From positions 4,160,001 through 4,224,000 of the forward strand of contig OZ001293.3 in assembly GCA_963921275.4 (NCBI GenBank): a DNA stretch of 64,000 nucleotides, read 5' to 3'. The translations under genes were made by a program, and so were the position numbers. Below are positions 1 to 10,607 of this stretch, piece after piece. This DNA comes from an uncultured Hormoscilla sp. (GTDB lineage: Bacteria; Cyanobacteriota; Cyanobacteriia; Cyanobacteriales; Desertifilaceae). Within the stretch, counting starts at the first letter, position 1. Each line of letters opens with the position of its first letter. The notes under the pieces were generated by a model. It had not been told where the DNA came from. It searched no databases and saw only the letters and a program-made list of their open reading frames with translations.

Positions 1-1765
1 GATCGCCATCGTACTTCTGAACGACAATCAGATAATTGCGGGGCTCGCCGCCAACAATAGCCGAGATTTCTCGGAAAGTCTCCTGTTGAGGGCTAGCGAA
101 AAAGGAGCGGACAAACTCCTTAAACTCACTGCTAGTGCCTAAAAAACCAATGTCTTTACCAACAAAAGCTTCTGGGGGCAAGTCGAACATGTTAGCTAAA
201 TGGCGATTTACCTCTAGATAGCGTAAATCTGAACTAATCCACGAAACAATTCCCGGCACTGCTGCCAAAACCGCCTCTAACTGATCTTTAGCAGCCCGCA
301 GAGCATTTTCTGCCTGCTGGTGTTTAACAATCTCCGCCACCAATTGATCGTTTGATTCTTTCAGAGCAGCTGTCCGTTCCTGGACTTTATCTTCGAGGGC
401 GGCATTAGCTGCTTGCAGAGCCTCTTCTGCCCTCTTGCTGCTATGTCTCCCATCGCTATTCGGACTACCCGGGAGACACAGCTCCGTAATATCCTGTGCC
501 ACAAATAATGCCCTCTGTTTCCCCCCATCTGAGCGCAGTGTAGCTTCAATCTCTGATGTAGAGAAGTTAGACTGTTCAACCCCTAACCAGGGCAGAGGTT
601 TAATGGGGCGATCGCTGCTGAAAACTATTTCCACCTTTCCTGTAGGCATTATCCGCCCGATGCGGTTAGTTCTAGCAACATGGTGATTGGCAGAAATAGT
701 GACTAAGCCACTGGGAGCCAGGAAACTACTACCCAGGGCCGCCACCCCCACGCGATCGACTTCAAAGGACTCAGCTAATTCAACAGCACCCTTCCAGAGG
801 TAGATTTGGGTATATGCAGCTTCTATGGCGCTACTAATCACTCGTTTATTACCATACCGTTGCTGAAAATTATTGATAAATTTCCGATTGCTAGGTAGAT
901 CTAGGCTTGGGAAATAGCTAGCACTGACGTAAGTACCCTGGGCATATCCACCTATCTCGTTCAGTTCCGCTGCCAAGACATTACAGGCTACGATCTTAAT
1001 TTCATCTGCTGTCATGCCTGACTCAAAATACTGGCGATAGAATGCCTGATTATTTTCTCCCGATAGAGTATTGACTATCGCATCAGGTTGGGTATGTTTT
1101 ATGTGGGCGATTGTTTCAGTGAAATCAACAGCATCTTTGGGCATGTAAGCCTCGCCAACCACAGTGCCACCTTGAATAGGGAGTTGGGATTTAATGATTT
1201 TGCTAGCCCTATGGGAGAAGACATCGTCTGCACCCAGGAGGTAGAAACGTTTTCTCCGGTGCTGTAGCAGCCAGGCGATCGCCGGTTCAACTTGTTGATT
1301 GATACAGGCTCCCGTATAGAATATATTTGGGTAGCATTCTAGACCCTCATACTGTAAGGGATACCAGAGTTGAGCATTAAACTCTTCTGCCACCAGCAAC
1401 AGTCTTTTCAGACTGGCCGATGTCGAGCACCCGAAGATCGTGGTAATCTGATTTTCTGCGATTATTTTTCTGGCTTTCTGCTCAAACCGATCTGAGTCAG
1501 AAACCTCGTCTGCTATCACCGGCCCTATCTTATGACCCAGTACTCCACCGGTTTCATTGATTTCGGCGATCGCCATTAGTTGAGCTTCCAGCATGGGGGC
1601 ATCGCCCAATGCCAGTGTTTCCTGGAGAGAGTGCAAGATGGCAACGGCCACCCGCTCAACCACTGCCGGTTTTGTATAAACCCGATCGCGCGCAGCTCTG
1701 AGAGCTTCTACACCTTGATATTGCGAACTGTTAATAAATGACATAGCTTGTGCCGGGAGCATCAT
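1..1765 (-). CDS. Sensor protein (3' end beyond window): UrtA/AmiC-like amide/urea-binding domain + coiled coil + PAS-like domain
   Basis: Hand translation is open from ATG 1765 to the left edge, so it is missing from the ORF track. Motifs: AIAEINETGGVLG, IFGCSTSAS, LWYPLQYEGLE, FYTGACINQQ, IEAAYTQIYLW, then QDITE..KRAEEAL, LEDKVQERTAAL and VPGIVSWISSDLRYLEVN. The start could lie further upstream (GTG near 1894). Confidence 0.75.
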   Translation of the reverse strand, partial: MMLPAQAMSFINSSQYQGVEALRAARDRVYTKPAVVERVAVAILHSLQETLALGDAPMLEAQLMAIAEINETGGVLGHKIGPVIADEVSDSDRFEQKARKIIAENQITTIFGCSTSASLKRLLLVAEEFNAQLWYPLQYEGLECYPNIFYTGACINQQVEPAIAWLLQHRRKRFYLLGADDVFSHRASKIIKSQLPIQGGTVVGEAYMPKDAVDFTETIAHIKHTQPDAIVNTLSGENNQAFYRQYFESGMTADEIKIVACNVLAAELNEIGGYAQGTYVSASYFPSLDLPSNRKFINNFQQRYGNKRVISSAIEAAYTQIYLWKGAVELAESFEVDRVGVAALGSSFLAPSGLVTISANHHVARTNRIGRIMPTGKVEIVFSSDRPIKPLPWLGVEQSNFSTSEIEATLRSDGGKQRALFVAQDITELCLPGSPNSDGRHSSKRAEEALQAANAALEDKVQERTAALKESNDQLVAEIVKHQQAENALRAAKDQLEAVLAAVPGIVSWISSDLRYLEVNRHLANMFDLPPEAFVGKDIGFLGTSSEFKEFVRSFFASPQQETFREISAIVGGEPRNYLIVVQKYDGD

Positions 1766-2416
1766 GTACGGACTGACTCTACCTACAGACCGATGTTGCG
1801 GCTGCAAAATCGGATTATCGACAAGATGCTTCCCTGAGTGCCTGAGCTGGCGGTCTGTCCAAATGAGCGTCAAACCACCTTTGGTCACTGGCACAATTTA
1901 CTGCTATTATAGCTTGAATAGCGGTTCTTTGAGAGGTTTTTACACCCTCGATCCCCGAAAATCCGTAACTTTCACTACTTTTGTACCTATTCCTACTTAT
2001 GTTCCCTAAATTTTTTCTCCAAGAGGATGCAACCATACCCGGTCATTTTACCCATAGCTTCTTCATTCCTTAAATTCGGTCTGTTCGATATGATTTCAGG
2101 AAAGACTGAAAAATTTGGAACTTCGAGGTAGTTGAGATGAGTGCATCCAGTTTAGCAATGAGCAAAAATACTCAGATATTTAACTATCACTAGCAGGCAG
2201 TATGATTAGTCTGTCGATTGTAATGTCAATAAGTACATAGGCAAAATTATTTTTATATAATATATAGACAACGCAAGCGTTTCAGGTATGTCCGATATAA
2301 AAATAATTTTGCATAACTACTTATGATTAGTTTGCCGATTGTAATGTCAAGTTTGACTCCTTGAGAATACTCCATTGAGATCAGCACAGCGATGCAGCAG
2401 AACCTGGGGGACATCT

Positions 2417-2856
2417 TTAGGCGTTCCACTGTCTCCCAGAGATCAAGAGGTCCGCCATCTGCTTAATAGTTGATTCCACCTCTCCCGAGCCAATCTTGCA
2501 TCCCCTCGGCTTGATAATAGCCATAGTTGACAATGCGGTGGCGATGCTTAGTGACATAGGTTCTGAAGTTATCCACGAGTGGATAGTCCCAGTCGTCAAA
2601 TTCTTTGAGGGCCGCTTCTACCTTGCCAGACCAGAGGAGGGCTTTTACTCGTGCCAGTCGCTGACAAGACCCGCCGACAATTTCTACGGTTTTCCATCAA
2701 GTGATACCAATCGAGGATTTCAAGACGGAAGGTGGTCGGACCAATCAAGGCAAACAGGTTCCAAACACCATCATGGCCATCCCCGAGACTTACTAACGGA
2801 TTCGCGGCTGGGCTGCTGATTGACCCATTCAACTAGTCGAGCATTGTATACGCCAT
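2417..2856 (-). pseudogene. ISKra4-like transposase remnant (frameshifted)
   Basis: Fragments LGDGHDGVWNLF, EILDWYHLMEN and IGSGEVESTIKQ lie in different frames. Confidence 0.7.
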
Positions 2857-2877
2857 GTTTACTAAATTGTCAGATAT

Positions 2878-2968
2878 AGTACGTATTACAAAAAATCGTG
2901 CAGTTGTAATCTGACCGATAAATTACTTATTACAAGATATGTTACAACTTGTCGTGCGGAAAGTGGGT
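2878..2968. repeat. IS/MITE end remnant, homologous to 13108-13198
   Basis: Both copies share GTAATCT(G/A)ACCGATAAATTAC...TTACAACTTGTCGTGCG(G/T)AAAGTGGGT. Confidence 0.6.
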
Positions 2969-3142
2969 TACACAGTTGCAAGGCTGGATTTAGCATCCAC
3001 TCCACATCTTCAGAGAATATTTAATTTTTCTGCGGTCGTAGCTAAAACCTTGACCTTTTTTGATGTAGCAATGCAGCATGTATAGTCATTTGCTACATAA
3101 ATCTAGTCTAACTAACGGTCTAGAAGTCCCTCGCCACCCTCA

Positions 3143-4120
3143 CTAACTAATCGTAACATTTTGGCCTACCACCGCTCTCACTCTATAGATAGGTCTGTCC
3201 TGAGATTCGTGGTAAGTCCGCATCAACAGTTCCCCCAGCAAACCGAAGCAAAACAGCTGCACTCCGGTCACTAGGAGTACCACCGCCAGAATCAGCAGTG
3301 GTCTGCCGCCGATCTCCTGTCCTAATGCTAGCTTGAGGACCGTCAGATATGCCCCGAGGACCACTCCCAACAGCAGGGAGAGTAAGCCCATCGAGCCAAA
3401 GATATGCATGGGGCGAGTAAGAAACTTTTTCATAAACCAAATGGTTAATAAATCCATCAACACCCGGAAGGTCCGTCCCAGGCCATACTTACTGCTGCCA
3501 TGGCGGCGGGCGTGGTGACGAACTGGTAACTCGGCAATTCTCGCTCCTTCAATAAATGCTAGGGCGGGTAAAAATCTGTGCAACTCTCCATAGAGATTCA
3601 TGTCCGCCACCAGTTCCTCACGGTAAGCTTTGAGGGAACAACCATAGTCGTGCAGCTTTACCCCAGTGACTTTCCCGATCAGGAAGTTGGCAATTTGGGA
3701 AGGAAGTAGGCGGGTGAGGGCAGCATCCTGCCTGTTTTGACGCCAACCGCTCACTAGGTCATACCCCTCGGCCAACTTGTTGACAAGCAGGGGAATATCA
3801 GCAGGATCGTTCTGTAAGTCCCCATCTAAGGAGACAATGACTTGGCCTTGGGCATATTTGAACCCAGCGGCCATTGCCGCTGTTTGACCGTAGTTACGGC
3901 GTAGCAGGATGCCTTTGAGGTTTGGGGTCTTCTCTGCCAGTTGGGTGAGTAAGGCGGTTGACCCATCGGTTGAGCCGTCATCGACGCAGATGATTTCGTA
4001 ACTTAGCTGAGTTTCTCTCAAGCTCAGGCCGATCGCCTCTATCAGGTGGGGCAAGCTCTCCACTTCATTGTAAATTGGCACAACCACTGATAATTCTGGC
4101 TTGACAGGGGGTTCTGGCAT
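3143..4120 (-). CDS. Glycosyltransferase family 2 (polyprenol-phosphate GT, ArnC/DPM1-like)
   Basis: SVVVPIYNE, VDDGSTD, RNYGQTAA, LDGDLQNDP, two C-terminal TM helices. Confidence 0.9.
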   Translation of the reverse strand: MPEPPVKPELSVVVPIYNEVESLPHLIEAIGLSLRETQLSYEIICVDDGSTDGSTALLTQLAEKTPNLKGILLRRNYGQTAAMAAGFKYAQGQVIVSLDGDLQNDPADIPLLVNKLAEGYDLVSGWRQNRQDAALTRLLPSQIANFLIGKVTGVKLHDYGCSLKAYREELVADMNLYGELHRFLPALAFIEGARIAELPVRHHARRHGSSKYGLGRTFRVLMDLLTIWFMKKFLTRPMHIFGSMGLLSLLLGVVLGAYLTVLKLALGQEIGGRPLLILAVVLLVTGVQLFCFGLLGELLMRTYHESQDRPIYRVRAVVGQNVTIS

Positions 4121-4138
4121 GGGGACTGTTCGTTATAT

Positions 4139-5149
4139 CTAATCGGGCCTTTCCGGGGGTCCGTCGCTCCCTGGTTGATGCAGCCAGGCCAAAAGAGCAC
4201 CGCAAGCTTCTGCCAGAATACTGACAAGACGATATAAGGTGACAGCACTAAGCACAATGGCTGGGGAATATTCTCCAGACAGTTGGGCGATCGCCGTTGC
4301 TTCAAACACTCCAATTCCTCCGGGGGCTCCTGGGAGCACCAAACCTAGCAGCCATGATAAACTAAAAGCACTCATTAGTTGCGGGATCTGGAGCGGACTG
4401 AGGGGGCCGAAAGCATGCATAGTTAACAAAAATCCCATGGCTCGCAGTTCTAAGAAGCCCAATTCTCCCAGCAATGGCAGCAGGGGGTAGCAGTTTACTC
4501 TGAACGTCCGGTCACTGCCCTTGAATAAAGCCAACTGCTTCAGCAGTGGGTTCAAAACCAAAGGATGCACTGCCATTAACATCATAGCAACCATCGACAC
4601 CCCCGTCAACCCCCGATTTAAGAGTGGACTGCCGATGGCGGCGATGGATAAGGCAGCTGCTGCCATCAGTAGCAGTTCCATTAACAGGCTCAGAGTCCCC
4701 ACTGTCAGGGGAACTCCTGTGGCCGTTGCTGTCCTAACTCTACCGTAGAAATGCCAAACGTTCCCAGGCAAATACTTGGCAATGTTAGTTTTCAGGTAAA
4801 CCCCCACGCACCACATCCTGTCTACCGGTTGGTCAAGGAACCGCAGAATCCAACTCCAGACCCAGCCTGACCAGATATGGGCTACCAGCGTTACCAAAAG
4901 GGCGATCGCCATATATCCCCACCCTGACTTCCCCAGCTCGAGCCCTAGCACTTCCTGCCAGTTATCCTTCAAGGCTTTGGCCAAGAAGAATATAGTCCCA
5001 CCCAATAATACCCATCCCAGGTAGGGTTTGAGGCGCTTGACAATTCCGAAGGTGGCTTTCATACCTAATTTATGATGATCTTTCCATTTTTCCATTTTCC
5101 ACAGCCATGCTAGCCCAGTCTTGGGGTTTTTACTCGAGCTGACTAGCAC
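4139..5149 (-). CDS. UPF0104 / lysylphosphatidylglycerol-synthase-TM-like membrane protein
   Basis: Multi-TM protein with KYLPGNVW and PGAPGGIGVFE; adjacent to the GT2. Start uncertain. Confidence 0.8.
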   Translation of the reverse strand: MLVSSSKNPKTGLAWLWKMEKWKDHHKLGMKATFGIVKRLKPYLGWVLLGGTIFFLAKALKDNWQEVLGLELGKSGWGYMAIALLVTLVAHIWSGWVWSWILRFLDQPVDRMWCVGVYLKTNIAKYLPGNVWHFYGRVRTATATGVPLTVGTLSLLMELLLMAAAALSIAAIGSPLLNRGLTGVSMVAMMLMAVHPLVLNPLLKQLALFKGSDRTFRVNCYPLLPLLGELGFLELRAMGFLLTMHAFGPLSPLQIPQLMSAFSLSWLLGLVLPGAPGGIGVFEATAIAQLSGEYSPAIVLSAVTLYRLVSILAEACGALLAWLHQPGSDGPPERPD

Positions 5150-5189
5150 TAGATTGTACTGCTACTCTATTTCCGATATTAAGCTTGGG

Positions 5190-7382
5190 GTGCGATTCGT
5201 TTAGCGTAAACTACCGGCACTAGCTGGATAGGGGACCGCTAGCAGGGTTCCATTTGCCCTGATAACTTACAGATGATGGTGGTGAAAGTCCACCCCTCCA
5301 GGTGCAGGAGTGACAGCACCATCCCTACGGTAGAGATGGCATCAATCCGTAAAGCGGGAAGGAAAGGCGCAATGACTGGTAGCCTAAGCCAGTCACCGTC
5401 GAGCAAGTAGTCATGATGAGTATAAAACAAAGATTTGCAGCGTCGTTACGATAAACCAGTGAAATAAGGCTGACACACTGGCCCCAAAAGGGGGGAAGGA
5501 TACAGGTCGTTGGCGGATTCCCAAGCCGACCAACAAGCACTGACAACAAACCCGGCGCATGGAATCCATCTAAAGCTACAACCAATCATCTGTAGGAACG
5601 AAGTAACCCGGTTATGTACTCTCTACCACCGGTCGATAGGTAGAGTAGCCACCAAAGGCGTAACATCTGCTTCCATCAGGCAGGTCATAACCGGGAAGGA
5701 TTTCGTGGAGAAGCTAACGCCTATCTGTAATGGATAGGATATGCTGACGCCCTCACGGTAATGTCAAATGTGAAGTCTTAAGTAGTGGTATATACGTTAT
5801 GAGCACGGCGTTTAATAAGCGACCGATGAATGAATGGAAAACCATCCTCTGGCGAAAGCTAGAGCGGAGGGTTTTCAAAGCTACAAAAAAGAATTTACAG
5901 AGCGGCACAACGTGGTGATAAGCGGATAGTTCGCAAGCTCCAGAGGTTACTGGTGAAATCCTGGTCAGCCAAGTGCTTGGCAGTACGACGGGTAACACAA
6001 GACAATCAGGGAAAGAAGACTGCTGGTGTGGATGGTGTGAAAGCACTAACCCCAAAGCAGCGACTAGAACTGGTAGGACAGCTAAAGGTCTCAAACAAGG
6101 CTAAACCCGCGCGGCGCGTGTGGATACCAAAGCCAGGGAGAGACGAAAAGCGTCCATTAGGGATACCGGTGATGTATGACCGTGCACTACAAGGGTTAGT
6201 CAAACAGGCGCTAGAGCCCGAATGGGAAGCGTACATGGAACCTAACTCATATGGCTTCAGACCAGGCAGAGGATGCCATGACGCAATAGAGGCAATATTC
6301 AACAGCATCAAACAAAAGCCTAAATGGGTGTTAGATGCGGATATCGCCAAATGCTTTGACAGGATTGACCATAATGCACTGCTCAGAAAATTAAATACCT
6401 CGCCTATCTTTCGTAGACAAATACGCGCCTGGTTAAAAGCCGGTGTGATAGACGTAGGACAGATGTTTGAAACACCCGAAGGAACCCCTCAAGGTGGGGT
6501 TATATCACCCTTACTGGCCAATGTGGCCCTACATGGACTGGAGGGAGAGGTCTTATCTATAGCTGGAAACGGAATCAACAAACGGAACGAAATGACAGTA
6601 GTCAGATACGCCGATGATTTTGTAGTACTGCATAAAGACCGCAACACAATAGATCAAGCGCAGAAGGTCATAGCAGAGTGGCTGAAAGGAATAGGGTTAG
6701 AACTCAAGCCCGAGAAAACGAATGTAACCCATACGCTGCACGGCGACACCCTGGGATTTGACTTCCTAGGATTCAATGTAAGGCAGTATAAGGTTGGTAA
6801 ATATCATACCGGAAAAAACACAGGCGGAAAACCCCTAGGATATAAAACCCTCGTCAAACCCAGTAAGAAAGCCATAGACAAACACAAGAAAGAGTTAGCA
6901 AGGATAGTAACTGGCCACAAGGCAGCCCCACAGGCAGTCCTAATAAGCAGGTTAAACCCAGTGATACGAGGATGGGCTAACTACTTTAGAACAGGAGTGA
7001 GCAAAGAAACTCACTCCGACATGGACAATTATCTATGGAAAATTCTGTGGAATTGGGCGAGACACCCCAACAAATCAAGGCACTGGATAGCCAGGAAATA
7101 TTGGTCAACTGACCAAGATGAAAAATGGCGATTCCGATGTCAGGTAGATGAAGGGGAGCTAGAGTTATATCAACACGCAAGTGTAGAGATAGTCAGGCAC
7201 GTCAAGGTCAAAGGAACGACCAGCCCATACGACGGGAACCTCACCTACTGGAGCACAAGGCTAGGCAAAAGCCCAGAGCTAAATACCCGAGTGGCCAAGC
7301 TGCTCAAGAGGCAAAAGGGCAAATGCCAACACTGCGAACTAATATTCATGGATGGTGACAAGTGGGAAGTAGACCACATCAA
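5190..7382 (+). mobile_element. Group II intron with RT/maturase, 3'-truncated (no DV/DVI)
   Basis: 5' end GTGCGATTCG at 5190. EBS1 CCCAAG (5520-5525) pairs perfectly with exon end CTTGGG (5184-5189). Contains the RT ORF. Confidence 0.9.
5799..7382 (+). pseudogene. ltrA: Group II intron-encoded RT/maturase/HNH protein, frameshifted near N-terminus and truncated in HNH
   Basis: RPLGIP, SYGFRPGR, GTPQGGVISPLLAN, RYADD, X domain (LNPVIRGWANYF), CxxC..EVDH. An extra A at 5877-5879 separates MSTAFNKRPMNEWKTI from KLQKRIYRA. Confidence 0.9.
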
Positions 7383-7821
7383 GCGTATCCCAAGTATTAC
7401 TCCGGGCATTTGCTTCTTAGGCCATCTCTCCCGCTCGCGGCTTGCGCTTCACATCTGACTGGTCCTAACGGACAACACACGAGGGGTTACTTCGTTCCCT
7501 GGTCTCCGGAGCGCGATGCCTTTAGGTTCCTACTATACCCCAGTAGCTATTTGAGTACGTTGTTAGCCAGGAGTGATAACTAACACTAGCTACAGTTACT
7601 TTTGTGCTGGCGCATAAAGCCTTATTTCGCCAGTTTTGGTTGACGAGGTTTATATAGGTTCGCTTGCTCTAACCTTGGACATCTGAGAGCGCGGAGTTAC
7701 CAGCCGTAGCTGCTAGCTATCCTACATTTGAGTCCTCGCTTAGCACCACGGTGATGTTATTCCGCAGCACCGAGGACCGGTGTTACCCCCGTACTTGGGG
7801 AGGGGGAATTTAACCCCCATG
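7383..7821 (-). mobile_element. Internal fragment (domain I-III) of the ORF-less group II intron family
   Basis: Colinear homology with 60620-61101 and 56920-57420. EBS1 loop CACTCC (7570-7575). Confidence 0.85.
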
Positions 7822-8460
7822 GTACTGGCATCAAGAGTTGCCGACCTTTATTCATTACTCCTTTAAGCCAGCGCAGACCGCTCTTGAGATAGCTGATACC
7901 TCGTAGCAGATGGGGATCTACCTCTCGTCGTAGACCAACAAGAAGAACAGCCATGCCTTGGGTCGTGGCGTAAAGCATGGCTACGGCAGTAACGGGTGTA
8001 GAGCCGCGATTGGTGCTGGGGCTGAGCGAATGCGGGAATCTTCAAGTTCAAACGCTCCCGACTTGCTATCCAAAAACAGTTCTTCTACCTGAAACCGCAA
8101 ACCGTATTGCCATAGAGTTTGTAAGCTAGGGGGCTCGGAGGTGATAAGCCCAGGGCTCCTTGACTCCTTTAACATTAGCTAATACAAGATGGAGCGCGAT
8201 GCTTCCCATCAAGCCAGAGACCAACATTGCGCTTCTTCGACCGCTTCCCCTTTAGGTGGCCACAGATAGCTGACTTCAATGGGATAACGACTCCGGCCAT
8301 GTAGCAATACATCACAGGGCAATCCCAGGCAGTAGTGCCAACAAAAGGCTTGTAACTAACCCATCGATGTCTCCTGTGTGCCGAGTCCCCTGGGACGAAA
8401 GCAAGGAGCAGAGATATCGAAAGATCGTGGTTAGCTTTGCCCCGGTCTGCTAACAACATC
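7822..8460 (-). pseudogene. IS4-like DDE transposase remnant
   Basis: LLADRG, YGLRFQVEELFLDSKSGAFELEDSR and RGISYLK..LRWLKG split over several frames. Confidence 0.75.
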
Positions 8461-8479
8461 ACATCTCTATGTTGACGCT

Positions 8480-8761
8480 TCGGGCCACGGATTTCACGTG
8501 ATTACAAGATATGAAGATGCTCGCACTATTCTCACCAGTCTCAACTTCAGCGCCGATCGTAGTGCGTTCCTTGTCTCCCAAATGGCGAATGTCGATCTCT
8601 CCATAATGAAGGATTGGTTTCCCATCATTCAGAGAATGATGGTGACAAGTGATGGTAAAGAGCATGAAATACGTCGCCAAAGTGCTTCTATGGGGATTAG
8701 TGATCGTTGGGTTGACTATTTTAAATCTACAACCCGCAAAATTGTCAAATCACTCTTATGA
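8480..8761 (+). pseudogene. Possible cytochrome P450 N-terminal fragment
   Basis: VITRYEDARTIL...FSADR...MMVTSDGKEH..RR resembles P450 B/C helices; no heme motif present. Confidence 0.5.
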
Positions 8762-8774
8762 ATGAGGATTTAAT

Positions 8775-9186
8775 AAGATTTAGGGGTACTCAACCCGGCC
8801 ATTCCTGAAAATCGCGAAGGCTTAATTGTGGCCACCTTCTTAATACTCGTGGCGATCGCAGGTAAAGTGATTACAGGTTGGACAGTCTTTGGCAAAGTCA
8901 AACTTAACCGCTTGGCGATCGGGATCGGCATGATTCCCCGGGGAGTACCACTTGACATGCGTGATAATATTTTATATCACGCTATGTCAAGTGATACTGG
9001 GGGGAAGTAGGACTGGTATTTGCTGGCATTGGTTCAGCCAGTGGGGTCCTCAGCGAATCTTTAGAAGCTGCTATTATCATTATGGTGATTCTCACTACCT
9101 TTTTAGCACCTCCCCTTTTACGGCTGACCTTTAAGGAACCCGCTGCTGTTCTAGAACCCGTGCAAGAAGCAGAGAAGGTGAATTAA
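8775..9186 (+). pseudogene. CPA2 Na+/H+ antiporter C-terminal fragment, frameshifted by a hairpin insertion
   Basis: LAIGIGMIPRG|EVGLVFAGIG...AIIIMVILTTFLAPP; the PRGE motif is split by a palindrome at about 8944-9001. Confidence 0.8.
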
Positions 9187-9242
9187 AATCCCGAGGGGCG
9201 ATCGCTCCTATAATAGCAGGGGCTGCTATTATAGGAGTGAAA

Positions 9243-9355
9243 GGCGTTGCACATTTTGGGGATGATGTCATTGTTTGCACATAACTGAAAGTGGCTTATA
9301 GTCTACGTTTAAGACTTATGCAAAGAGACCCATCATCCCGTGATTGTGCAACGCC
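9243..9355. mobile_element. 113-bp MITE with 9-bp target duplication
   Basis: TIRs GGCGTTGCACA / TGTGCAACGCC, flanked by GGAGTGAAA at 9234-9242 and 9356-9364. Confidence 0.85.
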
Positions 9356-9367
9356 GGAGTGAAAAAT

Positions 9368-9697
9368 CTAATCATCACGGACATGATGGTGCGATCGCTC
9401 ACTATTTACCCTAGGGTCGAAGCTTGCCATTGCTTTAGCTAATCGATGCAGATTTGCCTGAGAGCGATGATAGTTTACCAGGAATGTCTCTATCGCACCG
9501 ATGCAAGCCTCCCTTGTGTTAGCAATCAAGGCTTCGTAATGCTCTGGTGTCAGCATATAAGCCACGGTTTCGCCATTACGGATAATCAGCAGATCTGACT
9601 CCTTGACCATCTCGGTTATCTTGGCAGTATTTTTTAGATCGGTTATTTTAACGTGCTGCATGGGGAAGTTGGGGTCTTTAATAACGTTGCTGGCCAT
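9368..9697 (-). CDS. Phd/YefM-like antitoxin, no adjacent toxin seen
   Basis: VKITDLKN...LLIIRNGETVAYMLTPEHYEAL fits the Phd/YefM N-terminal pattern. Confidence 0.5.
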   Translation of the reverse strand: MASNVIKDPNFPMQHVKITDLKNTAKITEMVKESDLLIIRNGETVAYMLTPEHYEALIANTREACIGAIETFLVNYHRSQANLHRLAKAMASFDPRVNSERSHHHVRDD

Positions 9698-9857
9698 AGG
9701 TATGGTATAATTTGGATAGTTCTCTTGTGATGACGTTTAGTTTGGCGATAAATTTCCTAAGCTGTCGCGCTATTAAATTGCATAGGTCGAAAAGCTGAGA
9801 CCCAAGTTAAAAATTGCTTTCCCTATTTTGAATTTTTTATTTTGAATTTTTAATTGC

Positions 9858-10397
9858 TTAAGTACCTGCTCCCGGGGGCCAGGTAGTGAGCAAGAAAACC
9901 ACGACAGCAGAGAGGGCCAACAAGCCCTGAATCAAGTTTCCCACCAGGGAACCCACGACAATGCCAATTCCTGCTCTAAAGGCTAGCTGAACTCGCGGCC
10001 CGAATTCCAAATTCTTGCGGTAGAGAAACTCGCAGACAAATGCGCCCAACAGGGGTCCGACCAACATTCCCACCAAGGGTCCGCCAAAGGGCAAAGCTGG
10101 CAATAACCCCAAAATTCCTAGCACTAAGCCGATCATCGCTCCAGTTTGCCCCCATTTGCTAGCACCTGCCTGTTTGGCTCCCACATAAGTTGCGACAACA
10201 TCAGTCACGATATTCAGCAGCACTACTATGAAAGTAAATCCCAGGGCCCAGGTGACCGTGCTAAAACCATTCAGCATGCCCCAAATGGCGATCGCCGCTA
10301 AAATCAAGATGCCTCTGGGAAGACTGGGAACAAAGGATCCGATAATGCCCGCAAGCATGACCACCACTAACAGCCAATAAATAACTACTGTACTCAT
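9858..10397 (-). CDS. DUF456-family membrane protein
   Basis: GSFVPSLP, GAKQAGASKWG..GA, GPLLGAF. Confidence 0.85.
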   Translation of the reverse strand: MSTVVIYWLLVVVMLAGIIGSFVPSLPRGILILAAIAIWGMLNGFSTVTWALGFTFIVVLLNIVTDVVATYVGAKQAGASKWGQTGAMIGLVLGILGLLPALPFGGPLVGMLVGPLLGAFVCEFLYRKNLEFGPRVQLAFRAGIGIVVGSLVGNLIQGLLALSAVVVFLLTTWPPGAGT

Positions 10398-10607
10398 ATT
10401 TCAGTTTTTTACATCACTACCGGGATCCCCCCCAACCCTCCTTACCAAGGGGGGAGAAGAATTATCGCCCCCCTTTTTAAGATACTGTGGGGTAATCGAC
10501 TGGGGGGCGACGCCCCTCATCAAGCCCAAAGGACCACCAAGAGAGGAATTTCTCCCCACTCCCCACTCCCCCCTAGCAGATATCTCGTAATTCGCCCACA
10601 GTATCTT

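Noticed and set aside
5953..7458. RT as a retron, DGR or defence RT, or as an intact 501-aa protein
   Set aside because: It has the GTGCG boundary, EBS1/IBS1 pairing, X domain and HNH start of a group II intron. The last ~25 aa are read-through into an antisense intron fragment.
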